Source of the DNA: Candidatus Bathyarchaeota archaeon | Lineage (GTDB): Archaea > Thermoproteota > Bathyarchaeia > Bathyarchaeales > Bathycorpusculaceae | Assembly (NCBI GenBank): GCA_963715865.1 | Contig: OY970280.1 | Location: forward strand, 1,696,001 to 1,760,000 | Length of the DNA stretch: 64,000 bases | Direction: 5' to 3' | Part shown: positions 16,959-25,412 of the stretch, one piece after another | Layout: each line of letters begins with the position of its first letter | How positions within the stretch are numbered: position 1 is the first letter of the stretch | Notes under the pieces: generated by a model | Databases searched by the model: none | The model's input: the letters and a program-made list of their open reading frames with translations, nothing else | Told to the model about the DNA's origin: nothing | Program-made: the position numbers and the translations under genes

Positions 16959-18251
16959 TTATAACTCTCTTATGAACGCGGCGCCGACACCAGGCGGGGC
17001 TTGTCCTGTTTTAATCTGCCAAGCAGCCAAAGCTAATGTGATAACCGTATCATCATGCAGGCCTTCAGGCGCTCCGTATTGAATCAGGCCTGACGGCATA
17101 AGATTGTAAGTGAAAGATTCGAGTTCTGATTTTAAAACTGGAAACTGCTCATCTAAAGCGCTTGAGAACTCTTTTGTTGCTGGGTTGCCTGGGAACCAGA
17201 TTTCGCCATTATCCAGCATAATGCTCAAGTTTTCTATAAGCGCTTTTTTGGTTGTGTTCGTAAGTTTATAACCGCTAACCCCGCTGTATTCACGCTGTAA
17301 TTCGTCGTAGACAGGGTCGCCGACGCCTGTACTATCCACAAGTAACGGTGCATTTCCGAAGCGTCTGCAGAACGCAATTATTCTTTTCCGCTGGAAAGGC
17401 CAGTCTATTTGGTTGAAGCGTTCGTAGCCTACGACTTCGCCGTTCATGCGTAAGGCGATGTTTACGGTGAAATCCACAGTTTTGCCAAGGTCACTGCCAA
17501 CCATAATGGACTCGGTAAAACTTGGGTTATATGGTTTGATGTCGTCTCGTATGCGGTCTGCGATATGTCGGAAGACTACGCCTTCGCCTTCCAGTTCTTC
17601 CGCGTAGATTTCTTGGCGCCTAAGCAACTCGGGCATGTCATTAGCGATTGCGTCAATGTTTGCTTTGGGTAGGAACCCGCCATTTTCAGTTGCGTTGTCG
17701 TAGCTGCTTCCACGCCAACTTTTATATTCTGTTTCAGATAGGTCAAACCCTTTCGCTAATATATAACTGAACCATGTTTTACCTTTTGGCGTACCAATAA
17801 ACAAGACTGACCCATTGTAGTCCATGAGGCTTGGTTTTAACTCTGCTTCCCACCTGTTCGGTTTCAGCATAGGAGCCTCATCAATCGTTAAGTGATGCAG
17901 CCCTGAGCCACGCAGACTATCTTCTCGGTCGGCGCTATGAAAGAAGCATTCGCTTCCATTTTTAATTCGGATATAACGAATAGTTTCGTTGCTTTCGAGT
18001 TGCTTAACTATTAAGCTATGTGGTGTAAGGTCGCGAACTTTCTTTGTTGCAGGAATCAGTTCTTTGTAGAGAGGCGCTACCCACCAAGTTAAACAGTTTG
18101 GGTTTTTGAGCATAAAGATAAGGTTTTTTATCCACGCTAACTCGGTTTTTCCCCATCTTCTTCCAGCTTCAACCGTTTGGTATCGGTGATTGTCATAATA
18201 AACTTCAAGTTGCTTTGGATGCATCCGAAATGGGATGTTGACTATTGTCAA
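16959..18251 (-). CDS. terL: Terminase large subunit
   Basis: Walker A GRRWGKT, Walker B LTIDEA, GTPKG coupling motif, nuclease GSDLGK...HDD. Confidence 0.95.
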   Translation of the reverse strand: MTIVNIPFRMHPKQLEVYYDNHRYQTVEAGRRWGKTELAWIKNLIFMLKNPNCLTWWVAPLYKELIPATKKVRDLTPHSLIVKQLESNETIRYIRIKNGSECFFHSADREDSLRGSGLHHLTIDEAPMLKPNRWEAELKPSLMDYNGSVLFIGTPKGKTWFSYILAKGFDLSETEYKSWRGSSYDNATENGGFLPKANIDAIANDMPELLRRQEIYAEELEGEGVVFRHIADRIRDDIKPYNPSFTESIMVGSDLGKTVDFTVNIALRMNGEVVGYERFNQIDWPFQRKRIIAFCRRFGNAPLLVDSTGVGDPVYDELQREYSGVSGYKLTNTTKKALIENLSIMLDNGEIWFPGNPATKEFSSALDEQFPVLKSELESFTYNLMPSGLIQYGAPEGLHDDTVITLALAAWQIKTGQAPPGVGAAFIREL

Positions 18252-18642
18252 TTATTTCCACTCGGAAAATTGCTGTTTGATTTGTAACATTAACTTCTAC
18301 CTTAGCTTGTTTCTCCAAGACCTTCATGACAAGCCTTGTTAAGCCTCTGAATGCTTCGGCTCGGTCTTCCCCTTTCATTTTTTCGTATTGTTGATGCCAC
18401 TCAATAAGTAAGTGTTGCGCTTGGTCCGTTTTTGCCCATTCTTCAAAATCACGATAAAGCGTGGTTCTGTCGCAATTTAATTCTTCAGTTAAAATCTGAA
18501 TTTCTTTTCCGTTGAATATGCCCTCGATTAGGCGTTGGCGTCGTTCTTGGATGCTGAGTTGTTTAGGTGTTAATGTTGCATTTTGTTGCATTTTTGGTTT
18601 TTGAGGTTTTAATCCGAGAGCCTCTTCATAAGAAATAGACAT
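18205..18642 (-). CDS. terS: Terminase small subunit (HTH)
   Basis: HTH (LTEELNCDRTTLYRD), directly upstream of terL. Confidence 0.65.
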   Translation of the reverse strand: MSISYEEALGLKPQKPKMQQNATLTPKQLSIQERRQRLIEGIFNGKEIQILTEELNCDRTTLYRDFEEWAKTDQAQHLLIEWHQQYEKMKGEDRAEAFRGLTRLVMKVLEKQAKVEVNVTNQTAIFRVEIIDNSQHPISDASKAT

Positions 18643-18652
18643 TTCAGAATCC

Positions 18653-18952
18653 TCAGTGCGCAAGAATCAAGTAAGTTAATGCAGAGGCTATTGCTGCGCT
18701 TACGATTGAGATGAATAAGGGTTTAAGCACGTTAATCCAACTTTTTTGAACCTTGTTAGCATCGCTAAGCTGGTCAAGTTTAGTCAAAATTGTGCGGATA
18801 ATGCCCGTATTCAAACCCGTGCAATCTTCACCGAGCAAGGCAATTAACGCTTTTTCGATTTGGCTAATGGATGCCGTGCTTTTGTTAATTTGGGTAACAT
18901 AAGGGCAAACTGGATTTTTATATGCAGTTTCGCATTCGCCGTTTTCGCTCAT
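18653..18952 (-). CDS. Coiled-coil plus C-terminal TM protein (holin/XhlA-like topology)
   Basis: 99 aa, heptad region then a hydrophobic C-terminal helix. Confidence 0.45.
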   Translation of the reverse strand: MSENGECETAYKNPVCPYVTQINKSTASISQIEKALIALLGEDCTGLNTGIIRTILTKLDQLSDANKVQKSWINVLKPLFISIVSAAIASALTYLILAH

Positions 18953-19203
18953 TACTGGAACGCTCCTGCACCGCGACTGTCAGAAATTACGAGACCCTGA
19001 GGAGTGTCAGGAATCAGCTCAGGAACGATCTGTGCGCCCAAAGCCAAGTTTACAGCAGACACCGTATCATCCTCATCGCCTAAATAAACAGATTCATGAA
19101 GCTTCGAGTCCCAGAAACTATTAGCCAAGCAATGCTGCCTAGCCTTCTTGAATTCTAAACTGTCCCCTGAACGTTTTTTACGATGCACCAAACTAAGATA
19201 CAC
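18952..19203 (-). CDS. Hypothetical protein, first gene of the late operon
   Basis: 83 aa, coupled to the next gene. Confidence 0.55.
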   Translation of the reverse strand: MYLSLVHRKKRSGDSLEFKKARQHCLANSFWDSKLHESVYLGDEDDTVSAVNLALGAQIVPELIPDTPQGLVISDSRGAGAFQ

Positions 19204-19273
19204 CCCATTTCCTCTGTCCCGTTTTAGGTTCGGGCGGGCGTTAGAGAAAAATCCGAGCCTCTAAACAGAGACT

Positions 19274-19315
19274 TGCTATAGCATGTTGAATGTTAGTGAG
19301 CGTCTGCTTATAAAA
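19274..19315 (-). promoter_or_regulatory. Late promoter candidate with a palindrome at the predicted TSS
   Basis: TTTTATAAG (minus, ~19307-19315) and perfect palindrome TGCTATAGCA at 19274-19283. Confidence 0.45.
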
Positions 19316-19631
19316 CATGTGATTTCAAACTAGCCAATTCTTGAAGAGCAGGATACCGCGGATCGTCAATTGCAAGCAAATTATCATAACGCCGCATGAA
19401 ATCACAGCCCAGACCAGAAGTAGAATAAACCGTGCGTTTGCCAACAACTTTTTTAACTAAAAAACCAGCCTCAACCAAACCACCCATAAAGACAGAAGAA
19501 ACATTAGCTTTCCGCGCAACCTCCGAAATAAGCAAATTTTTACCTCTACAACAAACCAAAACATCATAAATTATAGAAAGCCGATTACGAGGTTTCTTCC
19601 TAGTACACCTCCTCTCATGACTCCCCATCAT
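19308..19631 (-). CDS. Winged-helix regulator (HTH_45-like, archaeal host-type)
   Basis: RNRLSIIYDVL...RKANV...VVGKRTVYSTSGLG; similar to the host ORF at 40286. Confidence 0.7.
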   Translation of the reverse strand: MMGSHERRCTRKKPRNRLSIIYDVLVCCRGKNLLISEVARKANVSSVFMGGLVEAGFLVKKVVGKRTVYSTSGLGCDFMRRYDNLLAIDDPRYPALQELASLKSHVL

Positions 19632-20142
19632 CCTGCACCTCCTCTTTCGATTCTTCAACCTCTGCCTCAGTGGCGCCATACGCGTCAAACGCGAACCTCG
19701 TCAAAGCCCACCGGTGCCCACGCTTCTCAAACAGCACCTTACCAGTCTCAAAATGCAAACGCTTATTCATCCGCACAATCCTACGACTCACATCATAATA
19801 TTTCAGACCGTATGCACCCAGCTTATTGACCCACTCAGCAACATCCTTCGGAAAAACACCCGCATCACCCACTTCACGCACACGCTGCAGAATCTCCCTA
19901 TCAGCCTGATCCTTAACAGCAAAGCCCTCAACCGTCGGCTCATCATAATCAGCCTCACCGATTTTCTCCAGCCTATGCCGAATCCAACGAAGCTCAGTCA
20001 AAATCCGTTCATTCTGACCTTTAACCTCTTTCAGCAAAACCGTCTGATACTTAATCCTGCCAACTTTATCCTCTTGACTACGCCCTTTTTTACACGTTTG
20101 AACAACTTTTTCGCTAGACGCTTGCGCATCCTGTTCAATCAA
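19615..20142 (-). CDS. Coiled-coil plus winged-helix DNA-binding protein
   Basis: DREILQRVRE...FPKDVA...DVSRRIVRMN...FEKRGHRW pattern. Confidence 0.6.
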   Translation of the reverse strand: MIEQDAQASSEKVVQTCKKGRSQEDKVGRIKYQTVLLKEVKGQNERILTELRWIRHRLEKIGEADYDEPTVEGFAVKDQADREILQRVREVGDAGVFPKDVAEWVNKLGAYGLKYYDVSRRIVRMNKRLHFETGKVLFEKRGHRWALTRFAFDAYGATEAEVEESKEEVQDDGES

Positions 20143-20378
20143 GGTCTTTCCACTCCATCAACAACACCGAAAATATAGTGCCCCGCATCACTCTCAACCA
20201 CTATCAGAAACCTCAAAGCCGAAAGCATGGAAAAAGTCCATGCAAAAACACCCCGAAAAACAGCTCCAAAAAACTTTAAGCAGCCTTTCACATCCAACAG
20301 GTTACTACGTACATCAGCTAGGGCACAGAAAACTCTGCTATGTACATCACAGGCCCTAGCATGTACGTAGTAACTCAC
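20139..20378 (-). CDS. Hypothetical 79-aa protein overlapping the inverted repeat
   Basis: Strong GGAGG SD before GTG. Confidence 0.45.
   Translation of the reverse strand: MSYYVHARACDVHSRVFCALADVRSNLLDVKGCLKFFGAVFRGVFAWTFSMLSALRFLIVVESDAGHYIFGVVDGVERP
20301..20374. repeat. Long inverted repeat, replication-origin candidate
   Basis: GTTACTACGTACAT-CA-GCTAGGGC ... GCCCTAGC-ATGTACGTAGTAAC; AT-rich tract at ~20390-20500; downstream of the Rep-like gene. Confidence 0.8.
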
Positions 20379-20550
20379 CTAGAAACCTCCTCTTTTTTAT
20401 GAAAATGCGAGCAACTTTTATTTCTAAAAGGCTGCGGCTGCTGCGGATTACTATAATTATATTCAGTTTGAAAACCAGCTTTCCTATTTAACCGACAAAT
20501 CGCACCCTTAGCAAAACAATCTTTACCGTCGATGTCACAAACTCCAAAAA

Positions 20551-21564
20551 TCATCTAACATAATCTCCAAGTTTCTTCTGGCCCTCAGCAAGACGTTTCG
20601 GGTCTTCCACATCACCAAGCTTACCTAAAACTTCCGTAAGCTTATTCACGTTGAAAGCAATCTTCTCAACCGCAGACTCAAGATTCTCAATCTTCCTCAG
20701 AGGCGACTTACTGAGTACATTATAGATAGCTTCCTGCAACCGCTCAACCCCAAGCAACCGCGAGTTATTAAATTTCAAAGCTTCACCAACACGCTTAACC
20801 TCCTGCTTCAACTCAAAACTCGCCTGCAACTTATCATGATCAGTGAAACCTTTCGAAATAACCTCCTCAAACTTTGTCACGGACATCGGACGAGTAATCT
20901 TGCGCTCCTTACGCACTAAGTTCTCTTCTTTCTGGTAAACCCGCTCAACCATACCAAACAAATCAAGTTTCGTGACACATTGAACCCCATCAATCCGCAC
21001 ACCATAGTAATCCTTGTTACACTCAAACGTGAGCAGTTCTAAATCATTAAGTTGCCAACCCAAATGATCCTCAACCACGTCAAACCAACGATGCAACGCA
21101 AGTAGGCAGGCATCATGACTCATCCCGCCAACATCACAAGCAACATACCCCGAAATCTTCCGCCTCTCACTCCCAAAACAAACATGAATCTTAACCCCCC
21201 CAACAAACTCGTCAACCTCCCAATGCTTCACATCTTGACAAACAAAACTCCGCAAAGAAATATTATGCACACAAAGAGGCACGAACCGCATACCATAGGT
21301 GATTTTGTTACAGTAACTTCCAACATACGGCTGCAGGACAAGCCCTTTCTCAAGCAGTTTACGACAGACAACCCTCACAGTAGTATATTGACCACGCCTA
21401 GGCTTCCTTGGAGCATGGATTATTCTGGCAATCTCTGCAGGTCTAAGCTCAACTTCTGAAGCATCGATAACGTGAAAGGCACGCGCCTCAATACCCCAGT
21501 GCCTTTCCGCTAAACTGTTTAAACTGGTGTTGCTAGGTGTCCGTTGAAGTATCAGATTTACCAG
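20551..21564 (-). CDS. wHTH plus putative Rep_trans-like replication initiator; start codon uncertain
   Basis: Frame stays open 186 nt above the annotated GTG and completes a wHTH (ELRPAEIARII...TVRVVCRKLLEKG). The C-domain has ExNxD, RxYxK and RxE motifs. Confidence 0.5.
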   Translation of the reverse strand: MVNLILQRTPSNTSLNSLAERHWGIEARAFHVIDASEVELRPAEIARIIHAPRKPRRGQYTTVRVVCRKLLEKGLVLQPYVGSYCNKITYGMRFVPLCVHNISLRSFVCQDVKHWEVDEFVGGVKIHVCFGSERRKISGYVACDVGGMSHDACLLALHRWFDVVEDHLGWQLNDLELLTFECNKDYYGVRIDGVQCVTKLDLFGMVERVYQKEENLVRKERKITRPMSVTKFEEVISKGFTDHDKLQASFELKQEVKRVGEALKFNNSRLLGVERLQEAIYNVLSKSPLRKIENLESAVEKIAFNVNKLTEVLGKLGDVEDPKRLAEGQKKLGDYVR

Positions 21565-21582
21565 CCAAAAAATGCAGCTCCG

Positions 21583-21669
21583 CTAAGCGAATTCTTTGAA
21601 ACCGCAACTACGGCAAACAATAAAGCGGCCTTCGCGCCTAGCCTTTTTACGACAAACCTTCACGCTCAT
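21583..21669 (-). CDS. 28-aa Cys-containing peptide (MSVKVCRKKARREGRFIVCRSCGFKEFA)
   Basis: Manual translation; ATGA coupling to the upstream ORF. Confidence 0.4.
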   Translation of the reverse strand: MSVKVCRKKARREGRFIVCRSCGFKEFA

Positions 21670-21788
21670 TTCGGCAACCCCTTCTCTGGATGATATTTAA
21701 GACCAATCTGACAAGGACAAGCGGTTGAACCGCAATTCCTGCAAGGATCATAATCCAAATCCAGCGTTGCGTCAGTACAGTTGCTCAT
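21666..21788 (-). CDS. 40-aa Cys-rich peptide
   Basis: MSNCTDATLDLDYDPCRNCGSTACPCQIGLKYHPEKGLPK; GGAG SD upstream. Confidence 0.45.
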   Translation of the reverse strand: MSNCTDATLDLDYDPCRNCGSTACPCQIGLKYHPEKGLPK

Positions 21789-21791
21789 TTA

Positions 21792-21968
21792 CTACGTACA
21801 CTCCTCTCTCCGCTTACCATCCATCCTGACATCCCAATACTTCCCGCCAGGACAATGATTATAGCAAACGCAGCAATCATCGCAAAGCATCAGACGCCTG
21901 CCAAAACCGCTGCAACCAACAATCGGATTCCAAGTAAAATCCAAATACTCAATCTTAGTACGATTCAA
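21792..21968 (-). pseudogene. DUF5131 (phage Gp37/Gp68-like) N-terminal stub, 58 aa
   Basis: TKIEYLDFTWNPIVGC matches the family N-terminal signature; the rest of the domain is missing. Confidence 0.6.
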
Positions 21969-23654
21969 TCAAGAAACCTCCTTGAATTTGACGCCCTGCG
22001 CTAGGCAGTAGTAGTTGCGGTCTGTGTGCTTCTTGGCGATCAGGTCCTGCTTTTCTAAATCGTTAAGCGCATTATTGACTTCCTGAGGAGTAGCATTCCA
22101 ACGCTCATCCTGGATAGCTTTCACAATATCGTCCAAGCGGCGCCACGTATCCAACTTGCCTTTCCTGGCGACCTCGAGGATTTTTCCACGCATATTCTCA
22201 GTGTTGATAACTACGAGTTTCTCAGTTGCCTGCACATCCACGATAGTTGTCGAAGCCTGCAGCCCAACCGTAGCGGCGCCTTCAGATGGTTGGCTACTTG
22301 AGGGTAATACAGCAGGTAAATTCTTAGCCAACTCTTCAACTCGAGTAATATTATCATAGATGTTCTGGACATTCAAGGCTAAGCGAAGAGCAATCTTGAG
22401 ATTATCGTAATCCTTCAGCTCCTGATCCTTCGCCTCGAGGCGCTTCTCCAGATCAAACTTCACTTCACCAAGAAACTTTAGCCGCTGCTGCACGGAATCC
22501 GCTAATTTACGGCCAGAACGAAACTCCTCAATCTCGATGCGTAACGCATCAACTTCAGCCTGGAGGATCTTAAGTTGTTGTGCATCAACATTGTTTATCG
22601 ATGCATCTACTGGTGCAGGTGTCGATGAAGGCTCAAGCATCTCTTTTACTGAGAGCTTAATCTGAGCCGATTTTTCAGCATCCTCTAGCTTTTTCTGTGT
22701 CTCACGCAACAGCCGCTTAGTCTTCTCTAAGTCAGATTCTTCAGTGCGTTCTTTTTCAAGTGCCGCCATGATTGATTTTGCGAGTTCATCAACAGTCTGC
22801 TTAACTTCGCTCGCACGTGGAGCAACATATTCCAAGCTAGGAGTATCGGCGCCATGCTTAGTTAGGCGTTTTTCCGTCACCGTCACAAATTGGCTTTGGC
22901 TGCCAAGAACCACAAACCACTCGCCCTTCCCAAACCGCGTCAATTGCTCAGCCCGAATCTCCACGCCATTCTTACGCACAGTATCCAAAACCTCTTTGTC
23001 CAGGTACTTGGTGTCGTGGCTAGCGAATTTGCCGTAAAAAGTCACATTCGCAAGCTGCCGAATCGTAAAATTAACTTCCTGCGGCCTCTGACTGCTCTCA
23101 ACGGTGATAATGTTAAGCTTCCTACCCTGCGTACTGCAATCCTTGAAAGCCTTAATCATCCGATTATAAACCCATGGAGGCGCAATGTGCCCAGCCGTAG
23201 AATTCGGCAAGTACTCCTGAGATTCTTCTGGGAGAATCATTAACGGCCTATGATGCGTCTCCTGCAACTTCATTATCGCATGCAGAAAACGCGAAACCCA
23301 ATCAACAAGCTTAGCTTCATCTTCGACGTCGGAAGTGTAGAAAATCATAGAAATGCCATTTTCAACCACGGCCTTCGCATACGTCAATGGCGCCGTCAAA
23401 GCAAAATCCACATCCTTCGCGTGCACGCCGCCGACGCTGAGAATATCAAACTTTTCTTTGAGCGTAAAGTATTCGTCTCGCGGCTGGAAAATAACGACAG
23501 TACCGCCCTGCAACAGAAACTGCTCAATCATCAAAGCATTATTGAAGGACTTACCAGATCCAGGACCACCAAAATTCGCAATGCGCAAGCCTTCACGACA
23601 GAACGGCTCTGCATCACTATCAATTACAAGGTTTTCACTAAAACGAAACTTCAA
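21969..23654 (-). CDS. HerA/DUF87-like ATPase with coiled coil and C-terminal wHTH
   Basis: Walker A GGPGSGKS, Walker B ILPEESQE, SSQRPQ motif. Confidence 0.85.
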   Translation of the reverse strand: MKFRFSENLVIDSDAEPFCREGLRIANFGGPGSGKSFNNALMIEQFLLQGGTVVIFQPRDEYFTLKEKFDILSVGGVHAKDVDFALTAPLTYAKAVVENGISMIFYTSDVEDEAKLVDWVSRFLHAIMKLQETHHRPLMILPEESQEYLPNSTAGHIAPPWVYNRMIKAFKDCSTQGRKLNIITVESSQRPQEVNFTIRQLANVTFYGKFASHDTKYLDKEVLDTVRKNGVEIRAEQLTRFGKGEWFVVLGSQSQFVTVTEKRLTKHGADTPSLEYVAPRASEVKQTVDELAKSIMAALEKERTEESDLEKTKRLLRETQKKLEDAEKSAQIKLSVKEMLEPSSTPAPVDASINNVDAQQLKILQAEVDALRIEIEEFRSGRKLADSVQQRLKFLGEVKFDLEKRLEAKDQELKDYDNLKIALRLALNVQNIYDNITRVEELAKNLPAVLPSSSQPSEGAATVGLQASTTIVDVQATEKLVVINTENMRGKILEVARKGKLDTWRRLDDIVKAIQDERWNATPQEVNNALNDLEKQDLIAKKHTDRNYYCLAQGVKFKEVS

Positions 23655-23803
23655 GAAATAACCTCCGAGTGTTTTTTCAATCGCATGTTATGCCCAGGCT
23701 TAAACCTCAAAATATGATCACCTGAACGCTGAGGCACAGGCTCACCACAACCGCAAAGACAAGTACGCAGAACCCTATGCTTAGGTTTCTTAGGCTGACT
23801 CAA
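23651..23803 (-). CDS. 50-aa CxCGCG zinc-binding protein
   Basis: MSQPKKPKHRVLRTCLCGCGE...FKPGH; GGAGG SD and TTG start. Confidence 0.65.
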   Translation of the reverse strand: MSQPKKPKHRVLRTCLCGCGEPVPQRSGDHILRFKPGHNMRLKKHSEVIS

Positions 23804-23879
23804 CAAAAAGCCTCCAAATCGCTCAAGCTACAAACAATCATGAAGGAAACGCAAAAAACTACAGAAAAAGAGGAAGGTA

Positions 23880-23924
23880 TGCGGGAGACATCGCCACTTC
23901 CTAGAGGATAATTACTTATCCTCT
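23880..23924. other. Candidate attR: conserved arm motif plus palindromic core
   Basis: TGCGGGAGACATCGCCACT (17/19 to 44318-44336) followed by AGAGGATAA-TTAC-TTATCCTCT. Confidence 0.55.
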
Positions 23925-24099
23925 GTTTTCCGCATTTATACCCATAAAGCAAGAGCCTTTTTTGAATTAACTTGAGAAACCCTGTTAAAGTGTCGTTTCG
24001 TTAAAAAATAATTTGGTAATTTTTGGTTATGCTAAAACCTAATTACTTCCCTGCCACAATTAATCTTTAAATCATGGCTTAGCAGGCTGGAGGCATGGC

Positions 24100-25056
24100 T
24101 TGGGCAAACTAAAATTTGGGGTATTCCTTCCATTCTACGCGTTCAAAGCTAAAGAGCCCAAGGAACATTTCAGTCTTATTCGAGATGTTGTTTTGGAATG
24201 TGAACACTTAGGCTACCATTCAGTTTGGCTGGATGACCATTTGATGCATAATGATTGGCCTATCCTTGAATGCTGGACGACTCTCTCCGCGCTCTCTTCT
24301 TTAACCAGTAGGATACGGTTGGGAACAATGGTTTCCTGCACCGCACACAGGAATCCTGCTTTGCTTGCCAAGATGGCTGCTACGCTTGACGTCCTATCTA
24401 AGGGCAGGTTAGAGCTTGGCATCGGAGCAGGCACCCAGGAAACGGAGCATGTTGCTTATGGTTTTGGTTTTCCTAAACCAAGCGTCAGAATAGAGCGTTT
24501 AAGCGAGGCTTTGGAAGTAATAAGGCGACTGTGGACAGAAGAAAAAGCAAACTATCAAGGAAAACACTACACATTAAAAGATGCCGTTTGCGAACCTAAA
24601 CCCTTGCAGAAACCTCATCCACCAATAACTGTGGGTGGAAGCGGCGAAAAACTGATGCTGAAAGCGACCGCTCGGTATGCTGACAGGTTTGATTGGGGTT
24701 TCTTGCCATCCATTGAAGTGTATAAGCGTAAACTTGAGGTTTTAGAGAACAATTGCAAAGCAGTTGGCAGAAACTTCACGGAAATTCAGAAGTCCTGCTG
24801 GCCCGGTGGCCAAGTGCTAATTGCGCAGGACAAAAGAGAACTGAGCGAAAAGATTTCCCAGCGAAAACCAGCAAATGTTAGCTTAGAAGACTTCAAGAAG
24901 ACTGCTTTGGCTGGCACTCCGGATGAGTGCAGGGCGCAGTTGCAGGTTTACGTGGATTTGGGTGTGATTTATTTTATGTTGTTTTTCGCTGACTTACCAA
25001 GTTTAGACGGGGTGAGACTGTTTGCTGAAGCTGTTGTCAATAAAATGGGCGGTTAG
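24100..25056 (+). CDS. LLM-class F420-dependent oxidoreductase
   Basis: WLDDHL, RNPALLAKMAATLD, GRLELGIGAG motifs. Confidence 0.92.
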   Translation: MGKLKFGVFLPFYAFKAKEPKEHFSLIRDVVLECEHLGYHSVWLDDHLMHNDWPILECWTTLSALSSLTSRIRLGTMVSCTAHRNPALLAKMAATLDVLSKGRLELGIGAGTQETEHVAYGFGFPKPSVRIERLSEALEVIRRLWTEEKANYQGKHYTLKDAVCEPKPLQKPHPPITVGGSGEKLMLKATARYADRFDWGFLPSIEVYKRKLEVLENNCKAVGRNFTEIQKSCWPGGQVLIAQDKRELSEKISQRKPANVSLEDFKKTALAGTPDECRAQLQVYVDLGVIYFMLFFADLPSLDGVRLFAEAVVNKMGG

Positions 25057-25412
25057 AGGTCGCCTCTGACGATGTGCGATAGCTCGTGAAGAATAATTTC
25101 ATCCAAACTGTGGTACGGGTTTTCCCTGACCAGAATGATGTAATCGGCGTCTTCAGTTTCGTCAGCGTTAAACACGCACGCATCTGTGCCCTTAGTTGAC
25201 AGTGTACTGCCCCATTCCTCAATCTCTCGCAGGTCATCTTCTACGCAGTGCCTGTGCTGGATAACATGGTTGAAATCTTCGTCGCTTAATTTGAGCGCTT
25301 TAACTTTAGGCAATGGCTTGCTGGACAGTGTTTTCCATGCTTTAACGAGTTGATTTTTTGGTATATGCTTAGCTTTCATTTTGACGCCTTCAACTAAAAC
25401 CATAAAAAACAC
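25053..25412 (-). CDS. Hypothetical protein with C-terminal HExxH (zincin-like)
   Basis: HELSH near the C-terminus. Confidence 0.6.
   Translation of the reverse strand: MFFMVLVEGVKMKAKHIPKNQLVKAWKTLSSKPLPKVKALKLSDEDFNHVIQHRHCVEDDLREIEEWGSTLSTKGTDACVFNADETEDADYIILVRENPYHSLDEIILHELSHIVRGDL

Larger units (their letters stand above)
1..23924 (-). mobile_element. Integrated head-tail provirus (Caudoviricetes, siphovirus-like); left end lies beyond the window
   Basis: Co-oriented, translationally coupled terminase-portal-protease-capsid-neck-tail tube genes plus an early regulatory/replication module. No sheath gene upstream of the tube. Right boundary inferred from the palindrome at 23903-23924 and the switch to host metabolic genes at 24100. 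Confidence 0.93.

Noticed and set aside
23651-23803. Frameshift in the CxCGCG ORF
   Set aside because: On re-reading, the frame is continuous from TTG 23803.
25053-25412. ImmA/IrrE anti-repressor of the provirus
   Set aside because: HExxH is only six residues from the C-terminus, no adjacent repressor, and a host oxidoreductase separates it from the virus.
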